Below, piece by piece: positions 58,729-64,000 of a stretch of DNA of 64,000 bases. How positions within the stretch are numbered: position 1 is the stretch's first letter; each line of letters starts with the position of its first letter. The stretch covers positions 6,258 to 70,257 of the forward strand of contig PBZE01000050.1 in assembly GCA_002730095.1 (NCBI GenBank), given 5' to 3'. A program made the translations under genes and the position numbers. Under the pieces are notes generated by a model. It worked only from the letters and a program-made list of their open reading frames with translations. It ran no database searches and was not told the origin of the DNA. The DNA is from Methanobacteriota archaeon (GTDB lineage Archaea > Thermoplasmatota > Poseidoniia > Poseidoniales > Thalassarchaeaceae).

Positions 58729-59784
58729 CTATTCGCTCTCTTCGATTCTTTGCTTGGCCAGCTCACGCATATCTTCGTGATGAACACCATCATCGATTCC
58801 TTCCTGGTCTGACTCATCAACAATTTCAACTCCCAATAGTGTCTCAATCACATCTTCCATAGTAACCAGACCTTCTGTGCCACCAAACTCGTCCTTCACG
58901 ATGAGTATCTGGGATTTTGTTTCGAGGAGCATGTCCAGAGCACTGTCAACAGAGTCATTGTTTCTGCATATGTCTACAGGACGTGATATATCGGACATTT
59001 TCAAGTTGTAGTCATCAACTGCAGCTCTTCTCAGGATCTCGCTTCTTAGAACTACGCCCCTAACATCGTCAATGTTTCCTCCTGTAACTGGCATCCTTCC
59101 ATGTATCATAATGGGAATCTTCTGTAGTACATCTGATACGGTATCATCGGAAGAAACCGAGGTAACCACAACACGTGGAGTCATGATATCGCTGACACTT
59201 ATCTCTCTCAGTCTAAGCAGATTCTGAATTACCGCCTCCTCGTCCTCCTCTATTACATCAGTTTCCTCTGCAATATCGGCCAAAACTGAAAGCTCGTCTC
59301 TTGTGACTGTCTCTGTTTCAACTGCTGGCAATAGTGATCTTGTGATCTCTATTGGCTTAACAATTATCCAAAGAGCGAACATCATACCTTTCATTATCCT
59401 CGCGGATGGGACAGTTAATCTTCTCCAGTACAGTGCACCGATGGTCTTAGGAAGTATTTCACTAAGAACAAGAATCGCCAGTGTTAGAACAGCAGCAGCA
59501 ACATGAACTATCATACCGCCGCCAAATTGTGTTTGAACCTCGGCTCCTACTCCAAGAGCACCCACAGTATGCGCAATCGTATTCAGGGTTAGAATTGCTG
59601 TAAGAGGCCTCTCAGGGTCATCTTTCCATTGCGACCAGAGATCGCTAACTTTCGGATGAGTGTCCTTTAGGGCTGCGATGTGCCCGTGGCTTGTTGAGAG
59701 TAGGACAGCTTCCAATATGCTGCACAGGAATGATGCCCCAAGCGCCAACGCAGAATAGGCTAAAATTAGCGTGTAGTCAACCAA
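58729..59784 (-). CDS. CNNM/DUF21 transporter with a CBS pair (CorB/HlyC-like, lacking the CorC domain)
   Basis: It has the DUF21 N-terminus (FLCSILEAVLLS...LNTIAHTVGA) and a CBS pair (VSDIMTPRVVV...; MVDVIETLLGVEIVDESD-like end). Confidence 0.8.
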   Translation of the reverse strand: MVDYTLILAYSALALGASFLCSILEAVLLSTSHGHIAALKDTHPKVSDLWSQWKDDPERPLTAILTLNTIAHTVGALGVGAEVQTQFGGGMIVHVAAAVLTLAILVLSEILPKTIGALYWRRLTVPSARIMKGMMFALWIIVKPIEITRSLLPAVETETVTRDELSVLADIAEETDVIEEDEEAVIQNLLRLREISVSDIMTPRVVVTSVSSDDTVSDVLQKIPIMIHGRMPVTGGNIDDVRGVVLRSEILRRAAVDDYNLKMSDISRPVDICRNNDSVDSALDMLLETKSQILIVKDEFGGTEGLVTMEDVIETLLGVEIVDESDQEGIDDGVHHEDMRELAKQRIEESE

Positions 59785-59895
59785 CTATCTTTCCTCACAT
59801 TTGAGCGAAAATTAAACATGCACACAACACGAATGACTGCTCCCGTACCACTTACGACCGATTGCGACATAAATAGGTGACTGACCGCCAGCTAT

Positions 59896-62097
59896 GTGTC
59901 GCAGGGCGAATATGTCACAATTTTCATGGCTTGGCCATACGTAAACGCCCCATTACACTTGGGTCATGTTGCCGGAAACTGCTTACCTGCTGACATTCAA
60001 TACCGATACGAAAGGGCACGTGGTCGACGCGTGCTTATGTGCAGTGGATCTGACGAACATGGCACGCCAATTACGATTACTGCTGAAGAATTAGGCGTAT
60101 CTCCTCAAGACGTTGTAGACAAATACCATGACTTAGCCGTCAAATCTCTAAGTGATCTTGGATGTTCGTGGATGGATAACATCGATTCCAGGGGCGTTGA
60201 ATTTGGTGGCGCACTATACAACAGGACAACTGATCCTAGACACAAGGAGCTTGTTCGCGAAGTATTTTCCAATTTGCTAGAATCCAATATTCTGATTAAA
60301 GAGACAATGAAACAATATTGCTCTATCAGAGATGGCAATATTAGATTTCTACCAGACAGGTATGTAGAGGGAACTTGCCCCGTCTGCTCTGAAGATGGAG
60401 CAAGAGGAGATCAATGCGATGAGTGTGGATCTACTTACGAGGCACACGAGTTGATCAATCCAATTTCTAAACTTGACCCGACCGCCACTATAGAGATCAG
60501 GGATACGGATCATTTTTTCTTTAGACTTGAAATGTTTCAAGATAGTCTGGAGGAGCACGCTGGATTGAGGCAAACGACATGGAAGCCAAATGTCAGGTCA
60601 ATGACGAGAAATTGGCTCAATATGGGCCTGCGCCCTAGAGCAGTTACAAGGGATATTGATTGGGGCATCAAGCTCCCACTGACAGGTCCCGAGTGGGCCT
60701 CTAAAAGGGTATACGTATGGTTTGAAGCTGTGCAAGGTTACTACACCTGTGCAAGGATCTGGGCAGAGAGATTTGCTTCCAATAGTGGACACCCAGATGG
60801 CGAATTTGCTTGGGAGAATTGGTGGAAAGCTGCAGATGACGGAACATCTCCCAGACACATATATTTCATGGGCAAGGATAACATTCCGTTCCATACTGTA
60901 ATATGGCCATCATTAATCATGGGAATGAATGCATCTGAAAATAATGGTGAAATTTCCCACAAAAATATTCCAGGAAGACTGGTCTTGGAGTCTAATGTCT
61001 CATCTAATGAATATCTGATGCTCCAAGGTGGCCAATTCAGTAAAAGCAGGAAGCATGCGGTATGGCTACCATCGTTCTTAGAAAGATATGACCCTGATTG
61101 CCTAAGGTACTATCTAAGTATCAATATGCCAGAGACTCATGATACCGATTTCAGATGGGAGGATTTTGTTGAAAGGGTCAACAATGAGCTTATTGGAACT
61201 TACGGAAACTTCGTACACAGAGTCATGACCTTGACACATAGACTTTCGGAAGCCGATGTTAACCCTCTATCCGAATATGATCATCCTGAGAAATTTGGCG
61301 AAATTATTGCATCGTGCCAACAATCAATTAATTCTGCTATCGAGTCCATGGAGAGGCAGAGATTCAAGGAAGCTCTCAGGTCACTGATGGGAATCGCACA
61401 AGTTGGCAATCAGCTTCTCCAGAGAGCGGCTCCTTGGAAATATCTCAGTTCTGAAGAATCTGCAGATAGGGATCATTCACTTTCCGCCCTGGCACTCTCT
61501 TGGAGGCTATGCAGAACTCTGGCTATATGTACAAGGCCATTTATGCCGTTTCAGTCAGACAGACTTTGGGAAATGCTAGGCGAAGAGGATACTCTGAATG
61601 ATCTGCTCTGGGATGATGCATTGAATTACTCTGATAATCTATATTGGAATCCAAACTCTCCGGATCCCTTGTTCAAGAGATTGGATCTCGATGAAATTAT
61701 CTCACATGAGCTTTCATTGGCTAACGATATTAATAATGACTTATCCGAGGATAATACGAAAGGGGCTGATTACATAGAATTTGATGATTTCATGAAGGTG
61801 GAGATGAAGACTGGTAAAATTGTGTCCGTAGAGGATCATCCTAATGCAGACAAGCTTTATGTGGTCACAATTCAAGATGCCCCCAACTCCACAAGAACTG
61901 TTTGTGCTGGTCTAAAGGAGCATTATGAACCGGCTGATCTAGAGGGGCTAAATGTAGTATTTGTCGCTAATCTAGAGCCCAGGAAGCTAAGGGGCGTTAT
62001 GTCAGAGGGAATGCTTCTAGCAGCCGATGATGGAGATGGTAACGTTAGTGTAATTACTACTGTAGGGGATATTGGCTCAGGCTCTAGGGTTAGATAA
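59896..62097 (+). CDS. metG: Methionyl-tRNA synthetase with a C-terminal tRNA-binding (EMAP/Trbp111-like) domain
   Basis: It contains PYVNAPLHLGHVAGN, the zinc knuckle CPVCSEDGARGDQCDECG, FSKSRKH (KMSKS-type) and the C-terminal KIVSVEDHPNADKLYV. The start is GTG. Confidence 0.92.
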   Translation: MSQGEYVTIFMAWPYVNAPLHLGHVAGNCLPADIQYRYERARGRRVLMCSGSDEHGTPITITAEELGVSPQDVVDKYHDLAVKSLSDLGCSWMDNIDSRGVEFGGALYNRTTDPRHKELVREVFSNLLESNILIKETMKQYCSIRDGNIRFLPDRYVEGTCPVCSEDGARGDQCDECGSTYEAHELINPISKLDPTATIEIRDTDHFFFRLEMFQDSLEEHAGLRQTTWKPNVRSMTRNWLNMGLRPRAVTRDIDWGIKLPLTGPEWASKRVYVWFEAVQGYYTCARIWAERFASNSGHPDGEFAWENWWKAADDGTSPRHIYFMGKDNIPFHTVIWPSLIMGMNASENNGEISHKNIPGRLVLESNVSSNEYLMLQGGQFSKSRKHAVWLPSFLERYDPDCLRYYLSINMPETHDTDFRWEDFVERVNNELIGTYGNFVHRVMTLTHRLSEADVNPLSEYDHPEKFGEIIASCQQSINSAIESMERQRFKEALRSLMGIAQVGNQLLQRAAPWKYLSSEESADRDHSLSALALSWRLCRTLAICTRPFMPFQSDRLWEMLGEEDTLNDLLWDDALNYSDNLYWNPNSPDPLFKRLDLDEIISHELSLANDINNDLSEDNTKGADYIEFDDFMKVEMKTGKIVSVEDHPNADKLYVVTIQDAPNSTRTVCAGLKEHYEPADLEGLNVVFVANLEPRKLRGVMSEGMLLAADDGDGNVSVITTVGDIGSGSRVR

Positions 62098-62107
62098 GCC
62101 ACATAGA

Positions 62108-62674
62108 CTAGTTAGGCCTGTCGAAAAACTCCCATTGTGTTTCAGCTAACTCTTTATTGGATTTAGCTTCGGAATATGCCTCAAGTGGAAGCTTATTCAA
62201 CTCGAAAAATGTGTCTCCATATGGCAGACATGAAAGAACATTTCTCGCTTGGTCTTCTCTGCCAAGTATGAACAATGTCGAGGCCAAAGCCTCTGCAGTA
62301 GATAATCTTCCAGGTTTTCCCCAGGATACAGGATTTGCCGCAAGTAAAACTGGTAGGGTCCTCCCTTCTAGCCTCGTATGCCTAGATATTGAATTCAAAG
62401 ACTCTTCTAGCCTCTTCCAAGAGCAATCAAGGGCTACTAATGCACCTCCTCTGTAAATCAAATCTTTGTCATCAGGCCCTATCAGTATCCCACTCGATGG
62501 ATCCAGTAGGTAACCTCTCTTTGGGGCACTTCTGGTATTCTTATGTAGAGTTGCAAATCCCTTTTGTGATATTCTCCTAGCACTGCATTTCTTCGGATCA
62601 TCCTGGTCAAGATGAATCACGTGCAGGGGAATGTCATCGAGGTTATTCTTTACCGAGGAACTCATCAAGTGCAT
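62108..62674 (-). CDS. tsr3: 16S rRNA aminocarboxypropyltransferase Tsr3 (DUF367)
   Basis: HLDQDDPKKCSARRI, ALDCSWKRLE and LLAANPVSWGKPGRLSTAEALASTLFILG are Tsr3 hallmarks. Confidence 0.8.
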   Translation of the reverse strand: MHLMSSSVKNNLDDIPLHVIHLDQDDPKKCSARRISQKGFATLHKNTRSAPKRGYLLDPSSGILIGPDDKDLIYRGGALVALDCSWKRLEESLNSISRHTRLEGRTLPVLLAANPVSWGKPGRLSTAEALASTLFILGREDQARNVLSCLPYGDTFFELNKLPLEAYSEAKSNKELAETQWEFFDRPN

Positions 62675-63128
62675 CTCCTATTGTCATGCCTCTGCTGCTG
62701 GGGATTCTTACAGATCTTTCCGGCTCAGATACATTATCCTCGAACAATATTATGTCTAAAGATTTCTCAATTTTTCTTAGTACGGAATCAGCCGGTTGGA
62801 CACCTGATTCGGCTTTCTGAATGTCATTAAGTCGTAAATTCAACCTCTTTGCTAGGTCCCTGGGAGTCCATCCCTTATTCTCCCTCCCTCTCTTGATTAT
62901 GATATGAAAATTCGGAACTACCTCCTCCTCCAGCTTTGACATGTTCTTTGTGTATGATTTTTTTCTGATAGAAACAGTTCCGGGATTTGTAGCTGATTTC
63001 TTCTTCGTTTCAAGAACGTTAAGATTGTTCGATTCTATACACCTAGTGCAGCATCTGAGTCTTGCACCAGATATTTCAGATAACAGTGTAGAAACTCTTT
63101 CTGTTCCACACATCTCACATGTACCCAT
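62643..63128 (-). CDS. mbf1: Archaeal multiprotein bridging factor 1 (zinc ribbon plus HTH)
   Basis: It has the N-terminal CEMCG...RCCTRC ribbon and a cro/C1-type HTH (RENKGWTPRDLAKRLNLRLNDIQKAESG). Its 3' end overlaps the tsr3 start. Confidence 0.8.
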   Translation of the reverse strand: MGTCEMCGTERVSTLLSEISGARLRCCTRCIESNNLNVLETKKKSATNPGTVSIRKKSYTKNMSKLEEEVVPNFHIIIKRGRENKGWTPRDLAKRLNLRLNDIQKAESGVQPADSVLRKIEKSLDIILFEDNVSEPERSVRIPSSRGMTIGDALDEFLGKE

Positions 63129-63197
63129 AACCTTGCCACTCGGGTGTCAAACATATGGGTTGGGGTTATTTGAAATCAAATACCCCCTACGCCTTCC

Positions 63198-64000
63198 ATG
63201 GCTACTGGCTCAGATACAATCAGGTCCGATGAGGTCTCGACCCAATCCGCCGTTTCAAATTTACAGAATGAAATGAAGGTTTTATCTGAAACAGCCCAGC
63301 AATTACTTACCGACAAGCTACTTCTAGAAAGTGAAATTTCACAGGTCAAGAAAAGAGCTAGTAGGCTAGAGGAAGAAATTCGCAATCTAAGGACCCCCCC
63401 TATGATTATTGGCCATCTCCAAGACATGACCGAAGATGGGGCCATAGTTAGGAGTTCCAATGGTACTGTTTTTCTTGTATCTGTCAATCCAAGAATCGAG
63501 TCATCGCTTTTGGTGCCCGGATGCAGGGTTGCTCTAAATCAAGATACTCTTTCTGTTATCGAAATTTTATCCGACTCATGGGATCCTCTTGTCGTTACAT
63601 CAGAAATTATCGAAAAACCAACCGTGTCATTTAATGACATCGGCGGTTTAAAAGATCAGATTAAAGAAATTAGAGAGACAGTGGAACTTTCATTCACTAA
63701 CAAAGAGGACTTCGAAAGATTCTCCATAGACCCGCCAAAAGGAGTTCTACTTACCGGTCCCCCTGGTACGGGTAAGACCCTACTTGCTAAGGCAGTTGCA
63801 AATTCTACCAATGCTGTGTTTCTTGGGTTGGTTGCTTCAGAGCTTGCTCAGAAGTATATTGGAGAGGGTGGTCGTTTGGTGAGGGAAATTTTTGATTTGG
63901 CCAGAAAGAAGGCACCAGCAATTGTTTTCATAGACGAATTAGATGCCATAGGCTCCAAGAGACTGGACAGTGCAACATCAGGCGATAGAGAGGTTCAGAG
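63198..64000 (+). CDS. pan: Proteasome-activating nucleotidase PAN (3' end outside window; absent from the ORF track)
   Basis: I hand-translated it from ATG 63198 (in-frame stop at 63171-63173). The N-terminal coiled coil reads QVKKRASRLEEEIRNLRTPP. The OB segment is GAIVRSSNGTVFLVSV. Walker A is GPPGTGKTLLAKAVA and Walker B is IVFIDELDA. Confidence 0.92.
   Translation, partial: MATGSDTIRSDEVSTQSAVSNLQNEMKVLSETAQQLLTDKLLLESEISQVKKRASRLEEEIRNLRTPPMIIGHLQDMTEDGAIVRSSNGTVFLVSVNPRIESSLLVPGCRVALNQDTLSVIEILSDSWDPLVVTSEIIEKPTVSFNDIGGLKDQIKEIRETVELSFTNKEDFERFSIDPPKGVLLTGPPGTGKTLLAKAVANSTNAVFLGLVASELAQKYIGEGGRLVREIFDLARKKAPAIVFIDELDAIGSKRLDSATSGDREVQ

Noticed and set aside
63176-63487. ORF 63176-63487 (-), 103 aa
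   Set aside because: It is antisense to the clearly recognisable PAN AAA+ ATPase gene that starts at 63198 on the plus strand.
1-64000. Search by eye for CRISPR arrays, IS elements or transposases, integrases, prophage genes, toxin-antitoxin pairs and known defence modules
   Set aside because: I noticed no direct-repeat/spacer periodicity, no DDE/tyrosine/serine recombinase-like ORFs, no terminal inverted repeats and no helicase/nuclease defence-type gene pairs. Spacers between genes are short and the genes are housekeeping-like.

Overview
This is a gene-dense 64-kb chromosomal segment, roughly 90% coding, with about 62 protein genes on both strands. It reads as archaeal. The archaeal markers are RNA polymerase A'/A'', L30e, eS1 (S3Ae), aCPSF1, proteasome beta plus PAN, MBF1, Tsr3, tRNA-splicing endonuclease, SepF, ZPR1, an SRP (7S) RNA and tRNA-Pro(UGG). 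These are interleaved with bacterial-looking metabolic and envelope genes: PlsC, ThyA+FolA, PntAA/AB/B, class-2 PyrD, MDH, an MqnC/E-type radical SAM enzyme, CcmE, an RND exporter and TopA. Several secreted CARDB/PKD/M6-protease proteins are also present. By inference only, this mosaic and the moderate GC fit an uncultured marine Thermoplasmatota (Marine Group II/III-like) genome.

I saw no rRNA, CRISPR array, transposase or integrase, prophage, or recognisable defence system, and most of the window is ordinary housekeeping. The least ordinary part is 2.7-11.7 kb. There the conserved rpoA-rpl30e cluster is followed by uncharacterised genes rather than nusA/rps12. These include four paralogous coiled-coil proteins (three tandem and translationally coupled, one at the far end). 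They also include a surface protein whose zinc-ribbon tail is split by a frameshift in a G4 run, a DtxR-family regulator and a multi-pass membrane protein.

Other observations:
- A near-consensus DtxR/IdeR-type iron box lies upstream of the ferredoxin gene.
- Three informational proteins carry extra nucleic-acid-binding-like modules: an HhH-like N-extension on RpoA'', a SAP-like tail on eS1, and a cysteine-free triple repeat on TopA.
- CcmE is the CxxxY variant and stands alone, without other ccm genes in the window.
- TrpRS carries an insertion of about 95 aa.
- ValRS has HIGA in place of HIGH.

The PAN gene at the 3' edge and both RNA genes are absent from the supplied ORF track. All calls come from motif recognition by eye. 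No database or structure searches were run.
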